Part shown: one piece after another, positions 38,562-47,271 of the stretch
How positions within the stretch are numbered: position 1 is the stretch's first letter
Layout: each line of letters opens with the position of its first letter
Assembly: GCA_007121385.1 (NCBI GenBank)
Contig: SKLV01000002.1
Location: 18,845 to 82,844 of the forward strand
Source: Bdellovibrionales bacterium
GTDB lineage: Bacteria > Bdellovibrionota > Bdellovibrionia > Bdellovibrionales > UBA1609
Length of the DNA stretch: 64,000 bases
Direction: 5' to 3'
Notes under the pieces: generated by a model
Seen by the model: only the letters and a program-made list of their open reading frames with translations
What the model was told of the DNA's origin: nothing
Databases searched by the model: none
Program-made: the position numbers and the translations under genes

Positions 38562-39599
38562 ATGATGGAGTGTCCCCGCTGCGGGTTTATGCAGCCCCCA
38601 GATCGTTTCTGCGCCAACTGCGGCCTTGACATTGAGAATTACAAGGCCCCCGCTCTACCATGGCATCAAAGGCTTCTGACCTCCGCCCAGTTTCATGTAG
38701 TCTTGGCCAGCCTCTTGCTGGTAGCTTTGGTCTTTTTTGCCTATCAGTCCAGAAGCCCAGACCCAGACCCCGCTCAGCTCAGAACCTCTGCGGAGTCGGC
38801 TGAAGTGGAAGCCCAAGGGAGGGCCACCCTTCCGCCTCCTCCTGAAGCTGCGGCGGGAGGAACCATGGCAGCCACAGCCCCAACACCCCCACCACCGGCG
38901 CAAAGGTCAGAAACCACTACTGCAGAGCCCCTAGCTGAGTCCACAGAGACCTTGACGGCGCCAGCAGAGTCACCGGTGAGCCTCTTAGAGGAGGCTGAGG
39001 CCAACCCGCTTCCCGCACCTCCTGATCAAATGGAGTTGCGTTTTTATGAGCTGGAACTCGAAAGAGTTCAGGAAATGATCTCATGGGCTGACTCCACCCA
39101 GGAAATCAATATGGGCCCCCTCCAACCTATGGCCTTGGCCCTGGTGGTTGATCGAGAGAGATTGGCCAACTCCTTGGCTCGAGCACGTCCTCTTCCTGGC
39201 CAAGAGAGGGGGCTCTTCGCAGAAGGGGGCCAAATCTTCCTGTCACAAGTGGTTGAGTCGGAACCCTTGGCTGATGAGGCCTCCGGTCGTTCTGCATTTT
39301 CCTCTTTCAACCTTGAGGTGGCTGTACAAAATATTCAACCCAATCAAGTGGATATCGGCATTGTCGGAAGCTTGTCTCTGAGAACTGACTCCTCTGAAGG
39401 GTCTCCCCATAGTGCTCAGTTTCGCAGCTTTAAAACTCTTAATTGGAATAGCAGCCTGGTCATTGTGGGGACCTTACCTCACCGCCCTCCTTTAGAGGGC
39501 GAAGATATCGACTTTCAAAACGGGCCTTTGGCGATTATGAACTCTCCTGATTTCCTGCAAAATCGAACTGAATTTATCATACTCATTCAAGGCTCTTAG
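38562..39599 (+). CDS. hypothetical zinc-ribbon / single-TM / Pro-Ala-rich linker protein
   Basis: It has an N-terminal CPRCG...CANCG ribbon and a TM helix (FHVVLASLLLVALVFFAY). A low-complexity P/A/E/T stretch of about 100 aa follows, then a C-terminal domain of about 190 aa that I cannot assign. Confidence 0.5.
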   Translation: MMECPRCGFMQPPDRFCANCGLDIENYKAPALPWHQRLLTSAQFHVVLASLLLVALVFFAYQSRSPDPDPAQLRTSAESAEVEAQGRATLPPPPEAAAGGTMAATAPTPPPPAQRSETTTAEPLAESTETLTAPAESPVSLLEEAEANPLPAPPDQMELRFYELELERVQEMISWADSTQEINMGPLQPMALALVVDRERLANSLARARPLPGQERGLFAEGGQIFLSQVVESEPLADEASGRSAFSSFNLEVAVQNIQPNQVDIGIVGSLSLRTDSSEGSPHSAQFRSFKTLNWNSSLVIVGTLPHRPPLEGEDIDFQNGPLAIMNSPDFLQNRTEFIILIQGS

Positions 39600-40246
39600 G
39601 CTTTTGATAGCGACTTGAGATGAGCCAAAACCTCTTCAGCATGTCCAGGAACCTTGACCCCTCTCCACTCGTAGGCTAGGCGTCCCTTGGGGTCTATTAA
39701 AAAAGTGCTGCGCTCGATGCCCCGCACCTTTCGGCCGTACATATTTTTCATTTTTATGACCGAGAAGATCTCACAGAGCCGCTCGTCCTCATCAGCCAAC
39801 AACTCAATACTGTAATTTTGCTTTTCCTTAAACTTTTCATGAGACCTAAGAGAGTCCCGAGAGACCCCCAGAACCTCCGCATTCAGTCTCTTAAATTGAG
39901 AGTGCAGTCGAGTAAAATCCTGTCCCTCTAAGGTACATCCAGGAGTGGCATCCTTAGGGTAAAAATACAGAACCACCCAAAGGCCGCGAAAATCAGAAAG
40001 TCGGAGGGGCTGACCACCAGTGGCCGGGAGGGCAAAATCAGGAATTAAGCTTCCCAAGCTGGGTCCCAAAACAGCCTCCACCCCTTTTGGACTCGAAGCC
40101 TTTGCAGTGGATTTCTGCGCCATCTTTTTTGAAGGTGTTTTTGTCAGTTTCTTAGTGATCTTTTTTGTGGTCTTTTTAAATTGTTTTTTTGCCTTTTTGG
40201 TTTTTTTAGCCATAATGGCGGGTCCTAGCACAAAAAGCCCCCCCAT
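39596..40246 (-). CDS. bcp: peroxiredoxin (Bcp type), possibly with a Lys-rich N-terminal extension
   Basis: The peroxidatic Cys context is YFYPKDATPGCT. The long ORF adds about 60 aa of K-rich sequence. An internal TTG at 40069 with a GGAGG SD would give a canonical protein of about 157 aa. Confidence 0.85.
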   Translation of the reverse strand: MGGLFVLGPAIMAKKTKKAKKQFKKTTKKITKKLTKTPSKKMAQKSTAKASSPKGVEAVLGPSLGSLIPDFALPATGGQPLRLSDFRGLWVVLYFYPKDATPGCTLEGQDFTRLHSQFKRLNAEVLGVSRDSLRSHEKFKEKQNYSIELLADEDERLCEIFSVIKMKNMYGRKVRGIERSTFLIDPKGRLAYEWRGVKVPGHAEEVLAHLKSLSKA

Positions 40247-40317
40247 TCCAGATTTTTGATGGGCTTGAACTAGGAGTCATACTTTGGCAAACTTTGCTCC
40301 ATAAAGCTGGAGGGCTC

Positions 40318-40848
40318 ATGCAGGAAATGAATCTTTCTCCCTTAATTGGTGAAGAAAAAATTAAAGAAACTATAGAGTCCATGGGAGCCGCTCTCAGTCA
40401 AAAGTTTCAAGGTGAAACCTTGGTGGCCGTCTGTGTCCTTAAGGGCTCATTTATGTTTTACTCCGACTTGATTAGGGCCATCAATACCGATGTGATCTGT
40501 GAATATATGGCTGTTTCCAGCTATGGAAACTCCACTCAGAGCTCCGGAGAAATCAAAATTAATTTGGACCTGACCGGCTCCATAAAAGGCCGCCATGTCT
40601 TGCTGGTGGAGGACATTGTCGACACGGGGCTCACCATGAATTTTCTAAAAAATCACCTGCAGAATCATCAGCCCCAAAGTCTCACCACGGCTGCCCTACT
40701 CTTAAAACCCGGAGCCTTAAAAGTGGAGTGTACTGTGGATCATGTTGGCTTTGAAATTTCTAACGACTTTGTGGTGGGCTATGGCTTAGATTACCAGGGC
40801 TATTTCCGCAATCTGCCTTATATCGCTCAGGTTCAAAGCCTCTCTTAA
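40318..40848 (+). CDS. hpt: hypoxanthine-guanine phosphoribosyltransferase
   Basis: It has the PRPP loop LLVEDIVDTGLTM and a GYGLDY tail. The ATG at 40318 follows a GGAGGG SD. Confidence 0.9.
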   Translation: MQEMNLSPLIGEEKIKETIESMGAALSQKFQGETLVAVCVLKGSFMFYSDLIRAINTDVICEYMAVSSYGNSTQSSGEIKINLDLTGSIKGRHVLLVEDIVDTGLTMNFLKNHLQNHQPQSLTTAALLLKPGALKVECTVDHVGFEISNDFVVGYGLDYQGYFRNLPYIAQVQSLS

Positions 40849-41822
40849 GCTGTCTCTGTCTCCGTCTCCTTGGGCTTGGACTGAGCTAAGGCCTCTTTCC
40901 CCTCTTGGCTGGGCTCCAAAGATCGACAGTGATTCAGGTGGGAGCGCAGCATCTCGGCCAACTCTTCCAGGTGATGAAAATCATCCCCAGCCCTCAGGCG
41001 CAAAGGACGATCTTTTCCCTGCATCTGATCCTCTAGGAACTTCTCAAAGGCGTAAATTGGACCCGCTGTCCGGTGAGAGAGAATTCGTCCCAGCACAAAT
41101 AGCCCCAGGATGAAGGCCAGGCTGATGATAGAAAAAGTCACTAAAAAAGGGATTAAAAACTTCGCTTCTACAATCTGCCGGGAAGGACCAATCACTAGCT
41201 CCTCAATGGCCACTTTTATGAAGGTGAACGAAAAAACTCCCGCAATCAAAGAGAACCCGAGACCAACAGACATGAGAATCAAGCAGTACTTGATTTGAAA
41301 AGAGGGGTTGACCCATATTTGCTTCCTTTCATTGGAGTCAGGCCAAATGTGTGTTCCCTCCTTGATTAAAGCAAAAACGATCATGCCGTAGCCAACCCAC
41401 TGGATGGCATCGGCAAAATTGAAGGCTGGAGAGGCCAACTGGGGTGATCCAATTAAGATAAAATCCACCACAGAACCACTCAACATTCGATCCAGTACAT
41501 TGCCGATAATACCGCCCAATAAAAGAGACATCCCTGATCTCAACATCATTGAACGCCGCCGAAGCAGGTATTGAATGGCGGCATAAATAAAAATAAGGAA
41601 AGCACCCCCCGTAGAGAGAGTCACTACTCGAAGCAGAGGGGGCAGGTCAGAAAAGATTCCCAAGATCGCCCCGGGATTGCGGTGCAAAACTAACCCAATG
41701 GGCCCATAGAATTCAAGGGGTCCCAGATTGCGAAGAGCCCAGGCTTTGGTGACTTGGTCAACAACCACAGCAAAGAACACGAGAAAGATGACAATGAACC
41801 AATCTCTTTTAGTCATTGTCAC
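40845..41822 (-). CDS. lspA: lipoprotein signal peptidase II fused to a C-terminal 2-TM and HAMP-like module
   Basis: Residues 1-160 form a complete LspA with both catalytic Asp contexts (GNVLDR and FNFADA). Residues 161-325 add two TM helices and the segment SHRTAGPIYAFEKFLEDQM...LRLRAGDDFHHLEELAEML. Confidence 0.85.
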   Translation of the reverse strand: MTMTKRDWFIVIFLVFFAVVVDQVTKAWALRNLGPLEFYGPIGLVLHRNPGAILGIFSDLPPLLRVVTLSTGGAFLIFIYAAIQYLLRRRSMMLRSGMSLLLGGIIGNVLDRMLSGSVVDFILIGSPQLASPAFNFADAIQWVGYGMIVFALIKEGTHIWPDSNERKQIWVNPSFQIKYCLILMSVGLGFSLIAGVFSFTFIKVAIEELVIGPSRQIVEAKFLIPFLVTFSIISLAFILGLFVLGRILSHRTAGPIYAFEKFLEDQMQGKDRPLRLRAGDDFHHLEELAEMLRSHLNHCRSLEPSQEGKEALAQSKPKETETETA

Positions 41823-41848
41823 AGTCTAGCAGGATAAAAAGGACAGGA

Positions 41849-43393
41849 TCAATTTTTACTGACAAAGACAAATGGGAAATAGTCCCCCGTCTGAGCTGGC
41901 TTAAAGTTCTGGACTCGACGATTGACTACAGCCACTTGCTGATCATACCAGAGAGGTATAATGGCAAGATCCTCATGAACAATCCGCTGGACTTTATAAT
42001 AATGAGAAATCCTTTGCTCCAAGTCCTCAATGCTCAAGCCTTTTTCCAACAGCTGATCCAACTTGGGGTTTTCATAGCTCCCTCGGTTCCTTCCCGGCGG
42101 GCGCTCCGAACTGTGAAAAGCCAAACGATAGATATCTGGGTCCAAGACCCCAACCCAGCGCATTAGAGCCAGCTGAAATTGACCTTTCACCACATCACCA
42201 TAAAAGGTTCCCCACTCAAAGCTTTGCAGGCGCAAATTGAGTCCCGCCTCGGTCAACTGCTGGGCTAAAACCCGGGCATTACCGACGGCGGCCTGATTAT
42301 TCGATGTCTTCAAGGTCAACTCATGACTTTGCAAGCCCAATCGCTCAAAAGCCTCCCTGGCCTGAGAGGGGTTGAAAGGAGGGTTTCTCAGCTCGCTCGC
42401 AAAAAAGGGATTGCCTGGAGTGAGGAGAGAGGTGGCCTCAGAGGCCAAGCCTTCTAATCTGTACTGAATAATTTCTCCCCGATTGAGAGCCTGGGCAATG
42501 GCCTTACGTACTTCAGCTTTTCCCAACAGTGGATCCCTTAGGTTCACTAAAATATAGCTCATAGATAGACCTGGATACTTGTGGACTTCAAATCGTTCCG
42601 GACGCTGAACAAAGTCATTCACCCGAGCTAGAGGGATTTCTGCTTGAGCAATATCCACCTCACCTTTTAATGTGCGCTGAAAGCGAGTGAAGTCATCACG
42701 GATGATCTTAAATACAAGACGTTCATAAGAGGGATTCAAGTAAGGGTGATCTTGACGACTTCTTAAGACAATCTCATTAGAGCTCTGACGATCTAAAACA
42801 AATGGACCCGTCCCCATCAGCTGCCGGGAAAATTGACTTCCCTCCTTTAGAATCTCCGCTCGGGGCAGCAGTCGCACCACAGGCAAGTCCGCTGTCAGTA
42901 ATTTGGCTGAAAATTCTTTGAGATGGATATGCACAACTAGAGGAGAGCTGGGGTCCTCAGAGTTCAAGTGGTCCACCCTAACCTTTTCAATGGCTTCCAA
43001 AGAGGAGGCAAAGGGGCTGGAGGGAGCACGATATTGCTCAAAACTAAATAAAATATCTTCTTTTTTGAGAGGACGGCCATTGGCAAAGGTGAGACCGGGT
43101 CTAAGTTGAAAGCTATAAACTAGATCTTTAAAAGACCAAGACTCAGCAGCATCTCCCACCACCTTGAGATCGCTGTCGATCCTCACTAAAGAGCTAAAAA
43201 GGAGAGCACTTATTCTCATACCATAGGCATCTGTGGCAAAACGAGGATCTAAAGTGTTGGGCTCAGCCCCGATAGCCACAATCAAACTGTTGGGATCCTG
43301 TCCTTCCCTTGGGGTACAGGCTCCAAACATCAAACCCAAAACAAGACCTAGGACGAGACTCTGAAAAGACTTAGCAATGCGCCGCATATTCAC
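41849..43393 (-). CDS. ABC-transporter substrate-binding lipoprotein, family 5 (peptide/nickel, OppA/DppA/MppA-like)
   Basis: 514 aa with a signal peptide and a lipobox-like LMFGAC. The family-5 SBP layout is visible (LVRIDSDLKVVGDAAESW, TFANGRPL). No permease or ATPase genes are adjacent. Confidence 0.8.
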   Translation of the reverse strand: MNMRRIAKSFQSLVLGLVLGLMFGACTPREGQDPNSLIVAIGAEPNTLDPRFATDAYGMRISALLFSSLVRIDSDLKVVGDAAESWSFKDLVYSFQLRPGLTFANGRPLKKEDILFSFEQYRAPSSPFASSLEAIEKVRVDHLNSEDPSSPLVVHIHLKEFSAKLLTADLPVVRLLPRAEILKEGSQFSRQLMGTGPFVLDRQSSNEIVLRSRQDHPYLNPSYERLVFKIIRDDFTRFQRTLKGEVDIAQAEIPLARVNDFVQRPERFEVHKYPGLSMSYILVNLRDPLLGKAEVRKAIAQALNRGEIIQYRLEGLASEATSLLTPGNPFFASELRNPPFNPSQAREAFERLGLQSHELTLKTSNNQAAVGNARVLAQQLTEAGLNLRLQSFEWGTFYGDVVKGQFQLALMRWVGVLDPDIYRLAFHSSERPPGRNRGSYENPKLDQLLEKGLSIEDLEQRISHYYKVQRIVHEDLAIIPLWYDQQVAVVNRRVQNFKPAQTGDYFPFVFVSKN

Positions 43394-43490
43394 TTCCTTT
43401 TAGTTCAGTTCGCTTCCTGCTCAGCGTAGAATTTAAAGGAATTCGGGAAAAGGGGCAACTCAAGGCCCAACTCTTTTAGGGGGAATTGCT

Positions 43491-45092
43491 ATGATGATTC
43501 ATTTTCGGCTTAAGAAACTGCTCTTCACCTTCGCCCATTGCGCATTGGCCGCTCTCCTTGCCGGCCCCTCTTTATCCTGGACTCTCACCCCGGACCAATT
43601 GGAAAAGCTGCGCAGCGACCTGGACCGGAGCTTGAACTCAAGTGGTCTTTCAAAAAATCACTTTGGCCTCTCCGTGACTTACCCCTCGGCAGATGGACAG
43701 GAAAAAGTCTGGGCCGTTAACGAAGAGAAAAAAATGATTCCTGCCTCTTTGACTAAAATCGTCACTGCCGCCGCTGTTTTAGATGAAATGGGCCCCGGAA
43801 AAAAACTAGAGACTCACTTACTGAGTGCGGCTCCCATTCAAGGTCACCGCCTGATGGGTGACTTAGTGCTGCGTGGAGGAGGGGACCCCGGCTTTGTCTC
43901 CGAATCCATGTGGTTTTTAGTGAACGAATTTTTGCGAACGGGAGTCACTGAAATCCAGGGGGATTTGGTGGTGGATGATAGTCTCTTTGACTCCATCCGC
44001 TTTGACCCCAGCCGGGAACCCGGGCGAGTGGATCGAGCCTATGACGCTCCTATTGGAGCCATGTCCTTCAACTGGAACGCCGTGAATATCTATGTGCGCC
44101 CTGGGCCTGAAAACCGTGAGCCAGCTCGAGTTTTTCTAGACCCTCAAAACTCTTACCTACAGCTCGTGAACAACACCCGCACCCAAGGACGAGGGCGAAA
44201 TATCAATGTGGAACGAGAAGTGATGAGCTCTCTTGGGGGAAAAACCCAAAGCCTTGGTCGAGGTGCCACAGCAGCAGCCAAAGCTTCCACAGGAGCTCAC
44301 CGCCAAGGGGTCTTTGATCGATTCACAGTCTCTGGACATATTGCTCCCAATGTAAATGAAGTGACCATCTACAGGAACATCAGTCGCCCCGATCTTTGGA
44401 GTGGCTACAACCTCCTCTCCTTTCTGCAGCAGAGAGGCATTGAAGTGAAGGGCGCTGTTCGCTCTGGTCCAACTCCCTCTCAGGCGAGATCCTTAGCAAA
44501 AGTAGAAAGCAAGCCCGTCAGCCACATGGTCAGTGACCTCATGAAGTTCTCCAATAACTTTGTGGCCGAGATGCTCACGAAAAGTTTGGCTGCCCACACC
44601 ATGACTGAGAACCCTCCCAACGGCCGACGTCTTGCGGGAAACAACCAGCAGATTCAAGGGGCCTCTTTAGATCAGGGCATGGGACAACTGCGACAATTTG
44701 TTGTCCGCAGCGGCATTCCGGCACAAAACTTTAACCTAGTGAATCCCTCGGGCCTGAGTCGTCAAAATCAATTTCGGCCCGTGGACCTGGTTCACCTTTT
44801 AAATCACCTTCGCAAACAGCCCCACTACTTTCCTGAGCTTCTCAGCTCATTTCCTATCGCCGGAGTAGATGGGACTCTCCAATCCCGAATGAATCAGGCC
44901 TCAGCCCCTCAAGGCCGCCTCAGGGCCAAAACTGGACTTCTCAACGGAGTGGTGGGCCTTGCGGGGTACGCTCCTGCCGCTGAGGGAGAGCTACTCACTT
45001 TTGCTTTTATCTACAACGGCCCAGCTCGACACACTCATCGAGCACGAGAGATTCTGGACCAATTGGCCACGCACTTGGCTCAAAACGAATAG
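43491..45092 (+). CDS. dacB: D-alanyl-D-alanine carboxypeptidase/endopeptidase (PBP4, S13 family)
   Basis: It has a signal peptide, SxxK (PASLTK), an SxN equivalent (FSNNF) and KTG (AKTGLL). Confidence 0.85.
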   Translation: MMIHFRLKKLLFTFAHCALAALLAGPSLSWTLTPDQLEKLRSDLDRSLNSSGLSKNHFGLSVTYPSADGQEKVWAVNEEKKMIPASLTKIVTAAAVLDEMGPGKKLETHLLSAAPIQGHRLMGDLVLRGGGDPGFVSESMWFLVNEFLRTGVTEIQGDLVVDDSLFDSIRFDPSREPGRVDRAYDAPIGAMSFNWNAVNIYVRPGPENREPARVFLDPQNSYLQLVNNTRTQGRGRNINVEREVMSSLGGKTQSLGRGATAAAKASTGAHRQGVFDRFTVSGHIAPNVNEVTIYRNISRPDLWSGYNLLSFLQQRGIEVKGAVRSGPTPSQARSLAKVESKPVSHMVSDLMKFSNNFVAEMLTKSLAAHTMTENPPNGRRLAGNNQQIQGASLDQGMGQLRQFVVRSGIPAQNFNLVNPSGLSRQNQFRPVDLVHLLNHLRKQPHYFPELLSSFPIAGVDGTLQSRMNQASAPQGRLRAKTGLLNGVVGLAGYAPAAEGELLTFAFIYNGPARHTHRAREILDQLATHLAQNE

Positions 45093-45102
45093 GGCTGCTT
45101 TT

Positions 45103-46104
45103 TCACAGAGTCTGAAAGAGAATCAGCAGATAGGCCCCAAAGCCTAAAAGCAAGAGAAGTCCTTTGAGACGACTTATTTGGCCCTGCCCCCGAAAACCAA
45201 AGCCAAAGAGAGCTAAGGCCAGAGTGAAGCCGAGGGTGGCAGGGAGGTCTCGAGCCATCAGGGCTCCATCGATTTGATCCATGGGAGAAACCACAGCGGC
45301 AATCCCCACAACGGCCAATAGATTGAATATATTGGAACCAAGAATGTTACCTAAAGCAATGTCGTCCTCACCTTTGAGAACCGCTGTAATGGAGGCGGCC
45401 AACTCTGGTGTGGAAGTGCCAAAGGCCACAAGAGTGAGACCAATCACCAGATCACTCACCCCAGCCCAATGGGCCACCTCCACCGCCCCCCAAACCAGAA
45501 GTCGAGAGCTCAAGAGAAGAACCACCAGGCCTATTAGAGTCATGAGCCAAGCCCGATAAAGGGGGGCCTGCCTCGCCTTCAACTCCTGCTCCATCTCAGC
45601 CCCCAGGGCATCGCTCCGGCCCTTGAATCCCTGGAAGGCCATCCAGGCCAAGACAGCAACAAAGCCCAACAGCAAGACCATCCCCTCCCACCGCTTCAAG
45701 CTGCCCTCAAAAAGAAAAACAGAAGCCAGGGTCGTCACTCCTAAAAGCAAGGGGATCTCCTGACGTATCACTCGAGAGAGCACAAGGATGGGAGCCAGAA
45801 GGGCGGTCACCCCAATCACAAAACCGGTATTGATAATATTAGAACCCAAGGCATTGCCAAGAGCCAGACCCGAGTTGCCCTCTAGGGCCGCCATCAAAGA
45901 CACCACCATTTCAGGAGCTGAGGTCCCAAAGCCCACAAAAAGGACTCCTGCCAGTAGAGGAGACATGCCGTAGTGAGTGGCCACCAGAGCTGAGCCCTCA
46001 ATAAAACGATCAGCACTCCAAACTAAAAGTCCCAATCCAAGCACAAGGGCCAAGATGATCATGAACATCATAGTCCCAAAATCAGTCCTGGTGGTCTTGA
46101 ACAT
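45103..46104 (-). CDS. CaCA-family sodium/calcium exchanger (YrbG type)
   Basis: It is polytopic with the two alpha-repeat signatures GTSAPE and GTSTPE. The start may instead be the internal Met at 46071, which would remove the 23-nt overlap with the upstream gene. Confidence 0.85.
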   Translation of the reverse strand: MFKTTRTDFGTMMFMIILALVLGLGLLVWSADRFIEGSALVATHYGMSPLLAGVLFVGFGTSAPEMVVSLMAALEGNSGLALGNALGSNIINTGFVIGVTALLAPILVLSRVIRQEIPLLLGVTTLASVFLFEGSLKRWEGMVLLLGFVAVLAWMAFQGFKGRSDALGAEMEQELKARQAPLYRAWLMTLIGLVVLLLSSRLLVWGAVEVAHWAGVSDLVIGLTLVAFGTSTPELAASITAVLKGEDDIALGNILGSNIFNLLAVVGIAAVVSPMDQIDGALMARDLPATLGFTLALALFGFGFRGQGQISRLKGLLLLLGFGAYLLILFQTL

Positions 46105-47122
46105 AGTTCAAGAGTTCAACGGGAGAACAGGGAACACAGCCCACTTTGCCCACCACCACACCAGCTGCAAAATTAGCCAGGACACAGGCTTCCTCTAAGC
46201 TGGCACCGGAAACCCAAGCCAAAGCCAGGGCGGCAATCACCGTGTCCCCAGCTCCTGTCACATCAAAAACTTGCCGCGCATAGGTCGGCAAATGAGTCAC
46301 TTGATCTTCCACAAATAGACTCATCCCCTCTTTCCCTCGAGTGATGATAAGATGATCAAATTGCCCCTCCCGACGCAGCTTCTCTCCCACTTCAAGGAGC
46401 CAGTCGGGCCTGGCTCGGAGTTCGTCAAAGGGCAAGCCCGCCAAAGTCAGAGCCTCATCCCGGTTAGGAGTGATTAAGTCGGCACCCTGATAGACACTCA
46501 AAGGAGTTTGCGGATGGGGGTCCACCATAACTTTTTTGCCAAAATGACGGCCCAAGGCCACTGTCTCCTGACAAATTTTTTCACTGAGCAAACCCTTGGC
46601 ATAGTCTTCAATAATCACTGCATCCACCTGAGGGATCAAAGTCTTCAGCTGAGCCAAGAGCTTCTCCTCCAGGTCCCCAGAGAGAAACTGACGATGCTCA
46701 AAATCCACTCTCACAATGTGGTGATGCTCAGCCATAATGCGCATTTTGCGAGTGGTCGGCCGCTGCGGGTCTTTCAGCAAATGGTCTTGAACCACCCCGG
46801 CGGAAGCCAGCCTTTCCCCAAGCTCCCCGGCCGCAGAGTCCTCGCCCACAATAGCCACCAAGATGGGCTGCCCCCCTAAGCTGGCCACATTGGCCGCCAC
46901 ATTGGCGGCCAAACCCAATCGTCGGTCCTGACGCTGAACCTCCACCACCGGAACGGGAGCCTCAGGGGAAATTCTGCGCACATCGCCCCAGACATATTCG
47001 TCCAAGCCAATGTCTCCCAAAACCAGAATCTTCTTCGTGGAAAAGTCCTTCATTCTCTGGGGCAACTGCTCCTGGAGAACAAGGCGCTCGGACCGGGAAA
47101 GCTGTATCTCTTTCAAGTTCAT
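46082..47122 (-). CDS. hldA: D-glycero-beta-D-manno-heptose-7-phosphate kinase (RfaE domain I only)
   Basis: It has the PfkB ribokinase fold with VLGDIGLDEY...ISPEAPVPVV and a C-terminal DVTGAGDT. The adenylyltransferase domain is absent. Confidence 0.8.
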   Translation of the reverse strand: MNLKEIQLSRSERLVLQEQLPQRMKDFSTKKILVLGDIGLDEYVWGDVRRISPEAPVPVVEVQRQDRRLGLAANVAANVASLGGQPILVAIVGEDSAAGELGERLASAGVVQDHLLKDPQRPTTRKMRIMAEHHHIVRVDFEHRQFLSGDLEEKLLAQLKTLIPQVDAVIIEDYAKGLLSEKICQETVALGRHFGKKVMVDPHPQTPLSVYQGADLITPNRDEALTLAGLPFDELRARPDWLLEVGEKLRREGQFDHLIITRGKEGMSLFVEDQVTHLPTYARQVFDVTGAGDTVIAALALAWVSGASLEEACVLANFAAGVVVGKVGCVPCSPVELLNYVQDHQD

Positions 47123-47271
47123 CCCCCACCTGTAGCATAGGCCAAGGGAGGGGGCTACAAGCAGCTTTGTAATACAGCGCGTCTTTTGATTACTCGATTA
47201 TTTTTTGCTGCTAGTTTCAACAATACATTGCCTTCCCCTGCCGGGAAGCCACTGCAAAGGAGCACTCTTTT

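Noticed and set aside
38009-38629. A 206-aa plus-strand ORF spans mraZ antisense and runs into the 38562 gene in another frame.
   Set aside because: It overlaps two better-supported genes and the promoter region. Its translation is low-complexity (P/L/S/R-rich). It has no SD or start context.
47232-47248. The hairpin CTTCCC-ctgcc-GGGAAG lies in the gdhA 5' leader.
   Set aside because: It has a 6-bp stem, no U-tract and no recognisable riboswitch or attenuator context. It is likely incidental.
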